NCBI GenBank assembly: GCA_944388035.1
Contig: CALXHF010000004.1
Coordinates: 22,168 to 86,167, forward strand
DNA length: 64,000 bases
Source: an uncultured Clostridia bacterium
GTDB lineage: Bacteria > Bacillota > Clostridia > TANB77 > CAG-508
Direction of reading: 5' to 3'
Positions 1-10,718 of the stretch are shown here, in pieces (the stretch's first letter is position 1; each line of letters begins with the position of its first letter). The notes beneath the pieces are model-generated. The model saw only the letters and a list, made by a program, of their open reading frames with translations. It ran no database searches and had not been told where the DNA came from. The position numbers were made by a program, and so were the translations under genes.

Positions 1-345
1 TCTGGAACTATAAATAAACCAATTGCAAGAAAAAATGGTAGCATTATAGAAAGATGTATAGATAAAAATGGAAAAAAAGCTATAACACATTATAAAGTAT
101 TAAAAGAATTTAATACTTATAGTTTAGTTTCTTGTTTATTAGAAACAGGAAGAACTCATCAAATACGAGTACATATGGCAAGTATATCTCACCCCCTTCT
201 TGGTGATAGTTTATATAGCTTACCTTCTTCTTTGATTTCTAGACAAGCTCTACACTGTTATAAAATAGAATTTACACACCCAATTACTAAAAATAGATTT
301 GAATTAACCGCTTCAATTCCTAAAGACTTTAAATGCCTTTGTTAA
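1..345 (+). CDS. RluA-family pseudouridine synthase, C-terminal part (5-prime end outside window)
   Basis: Frame 1 open from base 1 to TAA at 343-345. Translation contains ...LETGRTHQIRVHMASISHPLLGDSLY..., the RluA/RluD-type motif. Confidence 0.8.
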   Translation, partial: SGTINKPIARKNGSIIERCIDKNGKKAITHYKVLKEFNTYSLVSCLLETGRTHQIRVHMASISHPLLGDSLYSLPSSLISRQALHCYKIEFTHPITKNRFELTASIPKDFKCLC

Positions 346-478
346 TTTTGATTTTTTAGTCGTTTTGTAGTATAATATATATGTACAAACTTTTTTTACT
401 TTCTTTTGTGATTTTCACAAAAGACCTTTCATATAGTACAAACAATAAAATAAAAATTAGCAACAGAAAGGAATTATT

Positions 479-733
479 ATGCACTATATCATTTATGCCT
501 ATGCACTTGTATTTCTGCTAGTAGAAACTGTGATTGTTGGAGTTTGGTTTGAAAAGGTATGGTATAACAGGGAAAGCTTTTTTACTATAGCTTTAAAAAC
601 AATACCATTTGCAATAGTATTCTTGGTTGTGTATAAATTTTCACTAACCTTTGATGCTGTTTGCATCCTAAACCTCTTCTTTGCTCCTGCAATTGGAATT
701 TGTATCTATATTATTAGATATAACTTTGCATAA
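479..733 (+). CDS. small hydrophobic membrane protein, hypothetical
   Basis: 84-aa ORF with two or three hydrophobic segments. AAAGGA about 8 nt upstream of the ATG. Followed by a hairpin terminator. Confidence 0.4.
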   Translation: MHYIIYAYALVFLLVETVIVGVWFEKVWYNRESFFTIALKTIPFAIVFLVVYKFSLTFDAVCILNLFFAPAIGICIYIIRYNFA

Positions 734-743
734 AAAGGTGCAT

Positions 744-777
744 AAAAGTCGAGAATACAACTGTATTCTCGACTTTT
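744..777. terminator. bidirectional stem-loop between convergent genes
   Basis: AAAAGTCGAGAATAC-aact-GTATTCTCGACTTTT: perfect 15-bp arms flanked by an A-run and a T-run. Confidence 0.8.
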
Positions 778-784
778 AAATTTT

Positions 785-1648
785 TTAACAATTCCTAATA
801 GCACTTAACCCTGCTATAGTTCCCTCATATACTGCTTTTGATACTTGAAATAAACCACCAGTACAATCACCACAAGCATATAAATTTTTAATATTTGTTT
901 CCATTTTATCATTTACAATAATTCTATCATTTTTTACTAAAGCTCCTAATTTTCTTGCAAAATCAGTACTACTAGCTACTCCTTGTGCAATAAATATACC
1001 ATCTACTTTTATATCTGTTCCATCTGTAAGCTCAACTTTTTCTATTTTATCATTACCTATAATTTCTTTTATTCCCCTAGTTTCTATTTTAACATTATCA
1101 GCCCTAAAGTTAGGCGCTTCTTCTCCATCTGTAAAAATTGTAATGTTTTTTGCTATATTAATTAAATCATTTGTTTCTGAGATTGCATAATTACCACTAC
1201 CTATTACCGCAACATCTTTATTTCTGTAAAAAAATCCATCACAAATAGCACAGTAACTAATACCTTTTCCTTCGAATTTATCTATTCCAGTAATTTTAGG
1301 TTTATTCTTCTTATTTCCAGTAGATAAAATAACAACTTTTGATTTATAGCTATTATTTGATGTATTAACTAAAAAATTATAATCATTTTCTGAAATCATT
1401 TCAATTTTAATAACTTCTTCTTTTTTTACATATGCACCTATATTTTCTGCTTGCTTAATACCTGCTTTGTATAAATCTTTTCCAGAAATACCATTTTCAA
1501 ATCCATAATAATTCTCTATTTTATCTGTTTTTTCTAAACTTGATTTATCATCATATAAAACTAACACTTTCTTATTAGCTCTTACCGCATATAAACTAGC
1601 TGAGATACCAGCAGGTCCTGCACCTATAATAATTATATCATAATACAT
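785..1648 (-). CDS. trxB: thioredoxin-disulfide reductase-like FAD/NAD(P) oxidoreductase
   Basis: GAGPAG dinucleotide-binding motif and CAICDG redox-active dithiol motif. Start moved to MYYDIIIIG (ATG at 1648), which is preceded by AAGGAGA. Confidence 0.8.
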   Translation of the reverse strand: MYYDIIIIGAGPAGISASLYAVRANKKVLVLYDDKSSLEKTDKIENYYGFENGISGKDLYKAGIKQAENIGAYVKKEEVIKIEMISENDYNFLVNTSNNSYKSKVVILSTGNKKNKPKITGIDKFEGKGISYCAICDGFFYRNKDVAVIGSGNYAISETNDLINIAKNITIFTDGEEAPNFRADNVKIETRGIKEIIGNDKIEKVELTDGTDIKVDGIFIAQGVASSTDFARKLGALVKNDRIIVNDKMETNIKNLYACGDCTGGLFQVSKAVYEGTIAGLSAIRNC

Positions 1649-1775
1649 TGATATATCTCCTTCTGTTTTTATTTTCAAAACAATTATATCATTATCAAGT
1701 TGTTATATCAAGATTTATTTTTTTAATTTTAATTATATATAATAAGCAAGTAGCATATAACTACCTGCTTATTTT

Positions 1776-2270
1776 CTAATCTTCTAAAGTAACTATTTTG
1801 TTTAGTTTTAAAGTGTTTCTCATATCAATGACTCTTTGGTTTGAAGAGCCTCTCCACTTTAACCTAAAATCGTGAAGTTCATCTACATATTGTCCATCAA
1901 CTAGAACATCTATATATTTAAAAACATCTTTATCTTTTAGTGTCTCTCCATATTTGTAACCAGTCCATATCCATAGATTTTTATCAGGATATTTTTCTTT
2001 AAATGCTTTTGCAAGTTTTGTTGTACCTTCAATGTTTATAGGATGCATTGGTTCTCCACCTAAAATAGACAAACCTTTTATATAATCTTTATCACATAAT
2101 TTTAAAATTTTATTAATCGTCTCATCTGTAAACTCTTCGCCCTTATCAAAGTCCCAAGTTTCTTCATTAAAACAATTTTTACAATGGAAGTGACATCCTT
2201 GCATAAATATTGATACTCTAACACCTGGTCCGTTTGCTATGTCCATTTCTCTAATTAAATTATATCTCAT
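1776..2270 (-). CDS. nrdG: anaerobic ribonucleoside-triphosphate reductase activating protein (radical SAM)
   Basis: 164 aa with CHFHCKNC cluster motif. Overlaps the nrdD stop by 4 nt. Confidence 0.9.
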   Translation of the reverse strand: MRYNLIREMDIANGPGVRVSIFMQGCHFHCKNCFNEETWDFDKGEEFTDETINKILKLCDKDYIKGLSILGGEPMHPINIEGTTKLAKAFKEKYPDKNLWIWTGYKYGETLKDKDVFKYIDVLVDGQYVDELHDFRLKWRGSSNQRVIDMRNTLKLNKIVTLED

Positions 2271-4462
2271 TTTACAGCCACCTTATTATCTAAATGTAAT
2301 ACCCTTTCCTTTATTTCTTGAGTTCTACCTTTATTCCAGAAATTAGTACCAATATATCCGCAAGTACGTCTTGCGACATTTAATGTGTTATGGTCTCTAT
2401 TGCCACAATTAGGACAATACCACTCTAAATTTTCATCTAGCATAATTTCTCCATCATATCCACATTTTTGACAATAATCTGATTTAGTATTTAATTCTGC
2501 ATACATAATATTGTCATAAATAAATTTAATAACTTCTATTACTGCTTCTATATTTCCTTGTAAGTTTGGTGTTTCTACATATGATATAGCTCCACCTGGG
2601 CTTAATTTTTGGAATTCGCTTTCTAATTTTAATTTAGAAAACGCATCTATTTCTTCAAATACAGGAACGTGATATGAATTTGTTATATAATTTTTATCTG
2701 TTATACCTTTTATTGTTCCAAATCTTTCTCTTAAACATTTTGCAAATTTATATGTAGTAGATTCAATTGGTGTTCCATAAACAGAATAATCAATATCTTC
2801 TTCTTTTTTCCATTTATTTGCTGCATCATTTAAATGTTGCATAACTTTAAGGGCAAACTCTTTACCTTCTCCATTATCTGTATGGCTATCTCCTGTCATA
2901 TATTTAACACACTCGTATAAACCTGCATATCCAAGAGAAATCGTTGAATATCCGTGATGTAATAATTCGTGTATTGATTCACCTTTATCAAGTCTAGCCA
3001 AAGCTCCGTGTTGCCATAAAATTGGTGCTACGTCGCTAGTTACATTACTTAATCTCTTATGTCTAATCTGAAGAGCTTTATGGCATAACTCTAATCTTTC
3101 ATCAAATATCTCCCAGAATTTATCCATATCACCTTCAGAAGAAAGTGCAACATCTGGTAAATTAATTGTTACAACACCTTGGTTAAATCTACCATAATAT
3201 TTTCCTTTACCTTCTACATAGTTTTTAGCTTTTGCAATATTTCCTAAGCTCATTGTTCTATCAGGTGTTAGGAAAGATCTACAACCCATACAAGGATAAC
3301 ACTCCCCAACTCCTAATTCATTTTTCTTTAGCTCTTTCATCATTTTTTCAGAAATATAATCAGGAACCATTCTTTTAGCTGTACATTTAGCAGCAAGTTC
3401 TGTTAAATACCAATATTTACTGTCTTCGTGAATATTATCTTCTTCTAAGACATATAAAAGTTTTGGAAATGCTGGTGTTATATAAACACCTTTTTCATTT
3501 TTGAAACCTAAAATTCTTTGTTTTAAGAATTCTTCTATTATCATAGCAAGTTCATCTTTATACTCATCTGTTTCTCCAAGATACATATTTACTGATAAAA
3601 ATGGTGCTTGTCCATTTGTATTTGTCATAGAATTTACTTGATAATTAAATGTTTGAACTCCATCTTCTACTTCTTTTTTAGTATCTTGCATAGCAAATTT
3701 TTCACAGTCCTCTTTACTTAAGCCTCTTTCTTGGTATTTCTTTAAATATTTCTCATAACTTAATCTTACAAAAGGAGCTAAATGAGTAAGAGAAACTGTT
3801 GCTCCACCATAACTAGAAGATGTAACTGCTAAAATTATCTGAGTTGCAATAGTTGCTGCTGTTATAAATCTATGAGGTTTTTCTATCATAACTCCATTAA
3901 TTACAGTTCCATTTTGTAGCATATCATCTAAGTTAATTAACTCACAATTGTGAAGTGCATTTTGTGCAAAATAATCTGCATCGTGAAAATGTATAATACC
4001 TGCATCGTGAGCTTTTACTATATCTTCTGGAAGTAAAAATCTTCTTGTTATATCTGTGCTAGTAATTCCAGCTAAATAATCTCTTTGTGTTGTTACAACC
4101 TCCGCATTTTTATTTGAATTTTCATTATTCCAATATTCATTTTCACCTTCAATTAATTCTTTAATAGTTTGGTCTGTAGTATTAGCCTTCCTTACTAACT
4201 CTCTTGTATATCTATATGTAATATATTTTTTAGCTAATTGATATTTATCAAATTCCATCAATTTTTCTTCAATAATATCTTGTATATCTTCAACTAAAAT
4301 TCTCTTTTTATTTAAATCTTCAATATACTTAATAATTTCCTTAATCTCTTCTTTAGTCGCTTTTTCTCTTCCTCTAACTTCTTCATTTGCTTTTCCTATT
4401 GCTACTCTAATTTTTTCTGGATCGTAATCTACAATATGTCCATCTCTTTTAACAATTTTCAT
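2267..4462 (-). CDS. nrdD: anaerobic ribonucleoside-triphosphate reductase
   Basis: 731 aa with N-terminal ATP-cone, C-terminal Zn-ribbon CQKCGY...CPNCG and glycyl-radical motif RRTCGYIG. Confidence 0.95.
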   Translation of the reverse strand: MKIVKRDGHIVDYDPEKIRVAIGKANEEVRGREKATKEEIKEIIKYIEDLNKKRILVEDIQDIIEEKLMEFDKYQLAKKYITYRYTRELVRKANTTDQTIKELIEGENEYWNNENSNKNAEVVTTQRDYLAGITSTDITRRFLLPEDIVKAHDAGIIHFHDADYFAQNALHNCELINLDDMLQNGTVINGVMIEKPHRFITAATIATQIILAVTSSSYGGATVSLTHLAPFVRLSYEKYLKKYQERGLSKEDCEKFAMQDTKKEVEDGVQTFNYQVNSMTNTNGQAPFLSVNMYLGETDEYKDELAMIIEEFLKQRILGFKNEKGVYITPAFPKLLYVLEEDNIHEDSKYWYLTELAAKCTAKRMVPDYISEKMMKELKKNELGVGECYPCMGCRSFLTPDRTMSLGNIAKAKNYVEGKGKYYGRFNQGVVTINLPDVALSSEGDMDKFWEIFDERLELCHKALQIRHKRLSNVTSDVAPILWQHGALARLDKGESIHELLHHGYSTISLGYAGLYECVKYMTGDSHTDNGEGKEFALKVMQHLNDAANKWKKEEDIDYSVYGTPIESTTYKFAKCLRERFGTIKGITDKNYITNSYHVPVFEEIDAFSKLKLESEFQKLSPGGAISYVETPNLQGNIEAVIEVIKFIYDNIMYAELNTKSDYCQKCGYDGEIMLDENLEWYCPNCGNRDHNTLNVARRTCGYIGTNFWNKGRTQEIKERVLHLDNKVAVK

Positions 4463-4527
4463 CTCTTTTGTTCCCCCTTATGTTTTTTTATTATGACCTA
4501 ATCTTATAGATAATATTTTTATTTTAC

Positions 4528-4545
4528 AAGTTGCACTTGCAACTT
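4528..4545. promoter_or_regulatory. 18-bp palindrome in the nrdD / crp-fnr divergent intergenic region (candidate operator)
   Basis: AAGTTGCA-ct-TGCAACTT lies between the divergently transcribed nrdD and the Crp/Fnr-family gene. Confidence 0.3.
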
Positions 4546-4582
4546 TTTTATTTTTTTGTTAAAATAATTTTGGTGATTAGTT

Positions 4583-5215
4583 ATGAGAAGTCCTTTTCAA
4601 GATTTAAACAAATTACAAATAAATAAATTGTTTGATTTACTAAACGTACACTCTTACAGTTTCAAGAGAAACGAAGATATTTTACCAACTATAAAGAGTG
4701 AAAATATAGTTTGTATTGTACTAGAAGGAGAAGCTCAAATTTCTTATATTGAATATAATGGAAATGAAATCATTTTAGAAAATCTTACAAAATTCTCAGT
4801 ATTTGGAACAAACATTTCTGGTATAAATAATGATAATTGTGAAATTGTTTCAAAAACAGATAGTGAAATACTAGTTATTAACTATAATGATTTATTAAAT
4901 CAAAAAAACTTAAACCACGTTTATTTTAATATCTTTTTATATAACTTATTTGATATAACAAATAATAAATTCAGAGAATCAAATAAAAGAATAAGAATTT
5001 TAGAAAAAAAACAAATTCGTGATAAACTATTAGAATATTTTGAAATAGAATATAATGAAAACCCTTCTAAATCTCTTTCTTTACCTTTTTCACTAAAAGA
5101 CTTAGCAGATTATATAGCAGTAAATAGGTCTGCAATGTTTAGAGAATTAAGACATCTAAAAGACGATAGATTAATAGAAATAAAAAATAGAAAAATAACT
5201 TTATTATATAAATGA
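4583..5215 (+). CDS. Crp/Fnr-family transcriptional regulator
   Basis: 210 aa with an N-terminal cNMP-binding-like beta-barrel and a C-terminal HTH (SLKDLADYIAVNRSAMFRELRHL). Confidence 0.8.
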   Translation: MRSPFQDLNKLQINKLFDLLNVHSYSFKRNEDILPTIKSENIVCIVLEGEAQISYIEYNGNEIILENLTKFSVFGTNISGINNDNCEIVSKTDSEILVINYNDLLNQKNLNHVYFNIFLYNLFDITNNKFRESNKRIRILEKKQIRDKLLEYFEIEYNENPSKSLSLPFSLKDLADYIAVNRSAMFRELRHLKDDRLIEIKNRKITLLYK

Positions 5216-5248
5216 GACAAAAATTGGGTGTCCCCCTTTGTCTCATTT
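5210..5248. terminator. hairpin repeat between convergent genes (family with 55230-55267)
   Basis: AAATGAGACAAA-aattgggtgtccccc-TTTGTCTCATTT. It contains the stop codons of both flanking genes. Confidence 0.6.
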
Positions 5249-5704
5249 GCAAACATCTATCCATTTTTTATAATTTGATGTTTTTTCTAATTCTTCTATT
5301 GTTAATTTTATTGCTGTATTTGATTCTCCACAAGCTGGATATATTGTATCAAACTTTTTTAGTGAATTATCTAGATATACTGTAACATTTTCATTTATTC
5401 CAAATGGACATACTCCTCCAACATTATGTCCTATTAATTTTTCTACTTCCTCATATGGTATCATTTTTGCTTTTTTTCCAAATTCTTGTTTATATTTACC
5501 ATTATCTATTTTGCAATCACCTGCAACTACTATTAATATTGGTTTGTCTTCTATTAAAAATGATAATGTTTTTGCAATTTCACTTTCTTTACATCCTATT
5601 GCTTTTGCTGCCTCTTTAACTGTTGCAGATGACTCTGTAAATTCCATTATTCTATCTTCTAAATTATATCTTTCTAAATATTTTTTTGCTTTTTCTAATG
5701 ACAT
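5243..5704 (-). CDS. YbaK/EbsC-family aminoacyl-tRNA editing (Cys-tRNA(Pro) deacylase-like) protein
   Basis: 153 aa with YbaK-domain signatures (KTL.F......ILIVVAGD...D, GGVCPFG). Confidence 0.75.
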   Translation of the reverse strand: MSLEKAKKYLERYNLEDRIMEFTESSATVKEAAKAIGCKESEIAKTLSFLIEDKPILIVVAGDCKIDNGKYKQEFGKKAKMIPYEEVEKLIGHNVGGVCPFGINENVTVYLDNSLKKFDTIYPACGESNTAIKLTIEELEKTSNYKKWIDVCK

Positions 5705-5758
5705 TTTTATCTTCTCCTTCCTATTTTATATTTTGATTTTTTGTTTATAGTTTTTTTA

Positions 5759-6649
5759 TTACTTCTTATTAATATTATTTATTATTTCATCTATTACATT
5801 ATCTTCTAATTTAAAATCTGTATTTTTAAAACCTATTTCAGGGTGTACACCATCTTTTTTATGGAAGTCTGTTCCTAATGTTACGAATAAATTATGTCTT
5901 TTTGCAAACAAATTCCACTTTTGCGTTTCGTCTACTAATTCTCCATTTCTTTTTACATACAAATAATTTGCTTCTATTCCATCTGGATTTAATTCATCTA
6001 CTATATTTGATATATCTTCTTCTACTAAATTATCTTCATATTCATATGCCACAGGGTGTGCTAATACTACTTTTCCTCCTGCTTTTCTTATGGCTTTTCC
6101 TGCTTCTTTTGGTGTTACTGTATTTTTCTTTACATATGCTATACAGTTTTCGTTCATTATCGTTTCTATAAATTCTCCTCTTTTGGGGATATAACCAAAT
6201 TCTGCTAGTAATTTTTCTTTGTTTTTTTCATTTTCCACGATATCAGATGCAATATGTGCTTTTGTTACTGATTTTATTTTGTCTAATTCTTTAACATTTA
6301 CCTTATACCCCAAACCTTCTAATTTTTTTGATACTTCATATAAATATATATGTCTTGAATTTCTTATTTTTTCTAATTCTAAGGCAAATTCTTTATTCTT
6401 TAAATCAAAATTATATCCAAGTATGTGTATCCCAGCTTTTTCTATTTTAGTTGATATTTCTACTCCTGGTATTAGTTTAATACCTTTTTCTCTTACATAA
6501 TTAAATAATTCTTCACTATATGCATCTATTGTATCGTGGTCTGTTATCGATATAACAGATACTCCTAGTTTTTTTGCTTCGTCTATTATTTCTTTCGGAC
6601 TATATTCTCCATCTGACTTATTTGTATGTATATGTAAATCTATTTTCAT
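5759..6649 (-). CDS. PHP-domain metal-dependent phosphoesterase
   Basis: MKIDLHIHTNKSDG...ITDHD motifs. Start set at ATG 6649, preceded by AGGTGG. Confidence 0.8.
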   Translation of the reverse strand: MKIDLHIHTNKSDGEYSPKEIIDEAKKLGVSVISITDHDTIDAYSEELFNYVREKGIKLIPGVEISTKIEKAGIHILGYNFDLKNKEFALELEKIRNSRHIYLYEVSKKLEGLGYKVNVKELDKIKSVTKAHIASDIVENEKNKEKLLAEFGYIPKRGEFIETIMNENCIAYVKKNTVTPKEAGKAIRKAGGKVVLAHPVAYEYEDNLVEEDISNIVDELNPDGIEANYLYVKRNGELVDETQKWNLFAKRHNLFVTLGTDFHKKDGVHPEIGFKNTDFKLEDNVIDEIINNINKK

Positions 6650-6718
6650 TCTTACCACCTATAACAATAATAACACAAAAAAGGAATAATTATCAAGAAT
6701 TACTCCTTTTTTTATATT

Positions 6719-9040
6719 TTAACCTATTTGTTTTTTCTTATAAACTTTCCTTTTTATATGTATCAAAACATAACTAATTATCGCTAAAATTGCTGTAATA
6801 ATAATTTCTTTTTGTGGCACAGGTGTTAGCTCTAATATTTTATTAAATAATAGTGCTGCTACATAAAAGCCAACTGCTGTTGTTGTAAATAAAAATGTAT
6901 GTATTTTGGTAAAAGGCGTACATACTTCTTGTACTGCTAAAATACTTACAAAACCAATTAAGATATACATCATTGTAGTTAAAACACCAGAATCTATTCC
7001 TATTACATTTCCAATAACAGTTAAAACTATTATATTAAACATAATTACAATTGCAAATGGAGCTGCATTTGTGAGTGCAGTTGGCAAGAATGCTCCTGTA
7101 ATTGGTTTTTTATTTTTCTCAAATGTAATAAAGAATGATGTATAACCTTCAATTACTAAATCTATCAGAGTAATTTGAATTGGTATAAATGGAAAAGCTG
7201 TATTTGTTAGTATGCAGAATAATGATAATAGCACTGAGTATATTGTTTTTATAAAGAATATTCTAGCTACATTTGTTATATTATTTACTACTCTTCTTCC
7301 TTCCATCAATACATCTTTCAATACACTAAAGTCTGAATTTAGAAGTACTATTTGTGATACCTGCTTTGCTGCATCTGATGCATCTGGAAGTGTTATACTA
7401 CAATCTGATTCACGAAGTGCTATTACATCATTTACACCATCACCTGTCATTGCAACTTTATGATTTTTTGCTTGCAAAGCTTTTACTATTATACTTTTTT
7501 GATGTGGTAACACTCTTGCAAAAATACTATATCTATCAACTAAATTTACAATTTCAGCATCTGTTCCAATTGTTGATAAATCTATATATGAATCATATTC
7601 TTCTAGACCAGCTCTTTTTGCAATATTAGATACAGTAAGAGCATTGTCTCCAGAAATAATTTTAACATCCACTCCCTGCTCTTTAAAGTATCCTAACATT
7701 TCTTTTGCATTTTTTCTTAGAGGATCTTCTAAAATCACAGAAGCTACTACATCTAATTTTGGAAGTTCATCTTCCTTTACTACTTCTTTTGAGTAACCAA
7801 TTGCTAGAACTCTTTTTCCTTCTTTTTGTAAATCTATTATTTTATCTGGCATTTTAAACGGACTTTTTTCAAATAATCTTTCAGGTGCTCCAAGTATTAC
7901 AGAACCTTCTTCTTTAAATGAAATACTGCTCCATTTTCTTTCAGATGAAAATGCTACTTTATCTAATACTTCGTAATTTATATCACCTTTAAAATGATTT
8001 TTCATAGCTCTAAATGTCGAGTTATTGTCTTCCATACCATTTACAAAGGCTACCATCATATCATTAAAAGATTTTGGCATAATATTTTCATCATATATTT
8101 TCACATCTGATACTTTCATTTTTCCTTGTGTTATTGTTCCTGTTTTATCTAAACATATTGTATCAATATGTGCTAAACTCTCTATACTATACAATTCTTG
8201 TACTAAAACTTCTTTTTTAGCAAGTTTAATTACACCAGATTCTAGTGCTATTGTAATTAATAACACTAAACCTTTTGGAAGCATACCTAAAAGTGCTGCT
8301 GCTGTTGCAACAACTGCTTCTGGTATTATTGTTTCTCTAATAAAATAAGCCTGGATAAACAATATTACTCCAACTGGTATTATTACAAAACTTGTAAATT
8401 TTGTAACTTTTTTCATAGAATTTATTAATTCCGAATTATTATCTTTGTGTTTTTTAGTTGCACTAATTATTTGGTTTGCAAAATTGTCTTCTCCAACTTT
8501 TTCAACTATTGCATAACATTTACCAGATACAACATAACTTCCAGAAAGAAGTTTGTCTTCAATATGTTTTTCTACTAAATCAGATTCTCCAGTAAGAAGT
8601 GCTTCATTTACTTCTATTTCACCTTCTATTACATAACTATCTGATGGTATTTGATCTCCTTGTTTTAAAACAATTGTATCTCCTAAAACTACTTTTTCGA
8701 TTTCGATTTCTTGTTCTTTTCCCTCTCTTATTACAGTTGTTTTAGATGCTGTTAATATTGATAATTTTTTCACTAAATTTTTTCCGTGTATTTCTTGGAT
8801 AATCCCAATTAACACATTAATTGTAATAATTAAAAAGAAAAATGTATTTGTATATGCTCCAACTGCTAACAATGCTATTGCAATAATTAAATTATATAAA
8901 TTGAATAATGTGCATACATTATCTTTTACTATTTGCCAATTTGATTTTAAATTATTGTTATTACTTACATTTACTTTTCCTTGATTAGTTAATTCTTCTA
9001 CTTCTTTATTTGATAAACCTGTATATTTTTCTTCTTTCAT
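6719..9040 (-). CDS. cation-translocating P-type ATPase (HAD-IC family)
   Basis: DKTGTIT phosphorylation motif, TGES actuator motif, MTGDGVND hinge and multiple TM segments. Start at ATG 9040, preceded by GGGAGGAAAA. Confidence 0.85.
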   Translation of the reverse strand: MKEEKYTGLSNKEVEELTNQGKVNVSNNNNLKSNWQIVKDNVCTLFNLYNLIIAIALLAVGAYTNTFFFLIITINVLIGIIQEIHGKNLVKKLSILTASKTTVIREGKEQEIEIEKVVLGDTIVLKQGDQIPSDSYVIEGEIEVNEALLTGESDLVEKHIEDKLLSGSYVVSGKCYAIVEKVGEDNFANQIISATKKHKDNNSELINSMKKVTKFTSFVIIPVGVILFIQAYFIRETIIPEAVVATAAALLGMLPKGLVLLITIALESGVIKLAKKEVLVQELYSIESLAHIDTICLDKTGTITQGKMKVSDVKIYDENIMPKSFNDMMVAFVNGMEDNNSTFRAMKNHFKGDINYEVLDKVAFSSERKWSSISFKEEGSVILGAPERLFEKSPFKMPDKIIDLQKEGKRVLAIGYSKEVVKEDELPKLDVVASVILEDPLRKNAKEMLGYFKEQGVDVKIISGDNALTVSNIAKRAGLEEYDSYIDLSTIGTDAEIVNLVDRYSIFARVLPHQKSIIVKALQAKNHKVAMTGDGVNDVIALRESDCSITLPDASDAAKQVSQIVLLNSDFSVLKDVLMEGRRVVNNITNVARIFFIKTIYSVLLSLFCILTNTAFPFIPIQITLIDLVIEGYTSFFITFEKNKKPITGAFLPTALTNAAPFAIVIMFNIIVLTVIGNVIGIDSGVLTTMMYILIGFVSILAVQEVCTPFTKIHTFLFTTTAVGFYVAALLFNKILELTPVPQKEIIITAILAIISYVLIHIKRKVYKKKQIG

Positions 9041-9248
9041 TTTTCCTCCCAAAGTTCTATTTTTCTTTTACTTTTTATTTATATCACAAAAGGAAAAAAA
9101 AGAATAGTCTTTTTTAGAACTATTCTTAATTTTTTTAATTTTTTTATCAACATTAACATAAGCAATTGAAGTTATTTCTAAATCTTTTATTATAGAATTG
9201 CTTTATTTTTTATTTATGAAAAATTTTGACTTTTTATTTTTTCTTATT

Positions 9249-10550
9249 TTACCTTCCTATAGAATAATATTCTATTCCCTCTTTTATCATATCTTTTAAA
9301 TTATATATATTTCTTCCGTCATATACAAGTGGTGTTTTCATTAATTTTTTATATTCTTCTGGTTTTACATTTTTAATTTCGTTCCACTCTGTAAATATGA
9401 AACATACATTAGCATCTTTTAAAGCTTCTTCTGGTGTTTTTACATATGTTATTTCAGTTGGATATTTCTTTTTATAATTTTCTTCTCCTACTGGGTCATA
9501 TGCATATATGTTAGCTCCTTTTTCTAGTAATAATTTAATATTATCTAAAGATGGTGCTTCTCTTAAATCATCTGTTCCTGGTTTAAATGTTAAGCCTAGT
9601 ACTGCTACTTTTAAATTATTAAATGTTATTAATCTATCAGATGCTTTTTTAAATAATTTTGTTTTTTGTTCTGTATTTACATCAACTGCTGCTTCTACTG
9701 TCCTTAGTGTATATCCGTGTTGTTTTGCTAAATATTTTAATGCTTTTGTATCTTTTGGAAAACAACTTCCGCCATATCCTATTCCTGCTTTTAAAAAGTT
9801 ACTTCCTATTCTTGGGTCATAACTCATACCTTTTGCTACATCTTCAATATTTGCTCCTACTAATTCACAAAGGTTTGCTATATCATTCATATAAGATATT
9901 TTTAATGCTAAAAAGTCATTTGATGCATATTTTATCATTTCTGCGCTTCTTCTACTTACAGATACAATTGGAAGTTCAAATGGTTCATATATTTCCATAA
10001 GCATTTTTTCTGCTTTACTACTTTCTGTTCCTATTACTATTCTTTTTGCTTGTAGAGTATCTCTTACTGCTGTTCCTTGTGCTAAAAATTCTGGGTTACT
10101 TGCAACTTCTACTTTTACATCATTTACTAAAAAGTCTTTTATAAATTGTTCTACTTTATCATTTGTTCCAATAGGTACTGTTGATTTTACTACTACTAAA
10201 CAGTCTTTTTCTATATTTTCTGCTATTTGTCTTGACACTGTTGCTATATAACTTAAATTTGCAGAACCATCTGGTTGTTCTGGTGTTCCTACTCCTATAA
10301 ATATTGCATCTGCATCTTTATATGCTGATTTATAATCTGTTGTATAGTCTAATCTACCAGCATCGTAATTTTTTCTCATTAATTCTTCTAAGTCTTGTTC
10401 ATATATTGGTGATACCCCAGACTTCATAAGTTTTACTTTTTCCTCATCTACATCTACACAACATACTTTATGACCTTTTTCTGCAAAACACACTCCTGCA
10501 ACTAATCCTACATACCCTGTTCCTGCTACTGCTATTTTATATTGTTTCAT
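9249..10550 (-). CDS. ugd: UDP-glucose 6-dehydrogenase
   Basis: 433 aa with N-terminal GTGYVG Rossmann motif and catalytic GGSCFPKD motif. Confidence 0.9.
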   Translation of the reverse strand: MKQYKIAVAGTGYVGLVAGVCFAEKGHKVCCVDVDEEKVKLMKSGVSPIYEQDLEELMRKNYDAGRLDYTTDYKSAYKDADAIFIGVGTPEQPDGSANLSYIATVSRQIAENIEKDCLVVVKSTVPIGTNDKVEQFIKDFLVNDVKVEVASNPEFLAQGTAVRDTLQAKRIVIGTESSKAEKMLMEIYEPFELPIVSVSRRSAEMIKYASNDFLALKISYMNDIANLCELVGANIEDVAKGMSYDPRIGSNFLKAGIGYGGSCFPKDTKALKYLAKQHGYTLRTVEAAVDVNTEQKTKLFKKASDRLITFNNLKVAVLGLTFKPGTDDLREAPSLDNIKLLLEKGANIYAYDPVGEENYKKKYPTEITYVKTPEEALKDANVCFIFTEWNEIKNVKPEEYKKLMKTPLVYDGRNIYNLKDMIKEGIEYYSIGR

Positions 10551-10718
10551 TTCTAATATCCTCCTAAAATTTTTTTATTATTTAAATATAAATATTTGTT
10601 TTTATGTTTATTTTCACTTTTTTAATATTTTTTACAAGTTTCCTATTAATCTTCTTATTATATTTAACTTCCAATTTTTAAATTTTAATATTCTTTGAAT
10701 AATTTCTTTCTATAAAAG

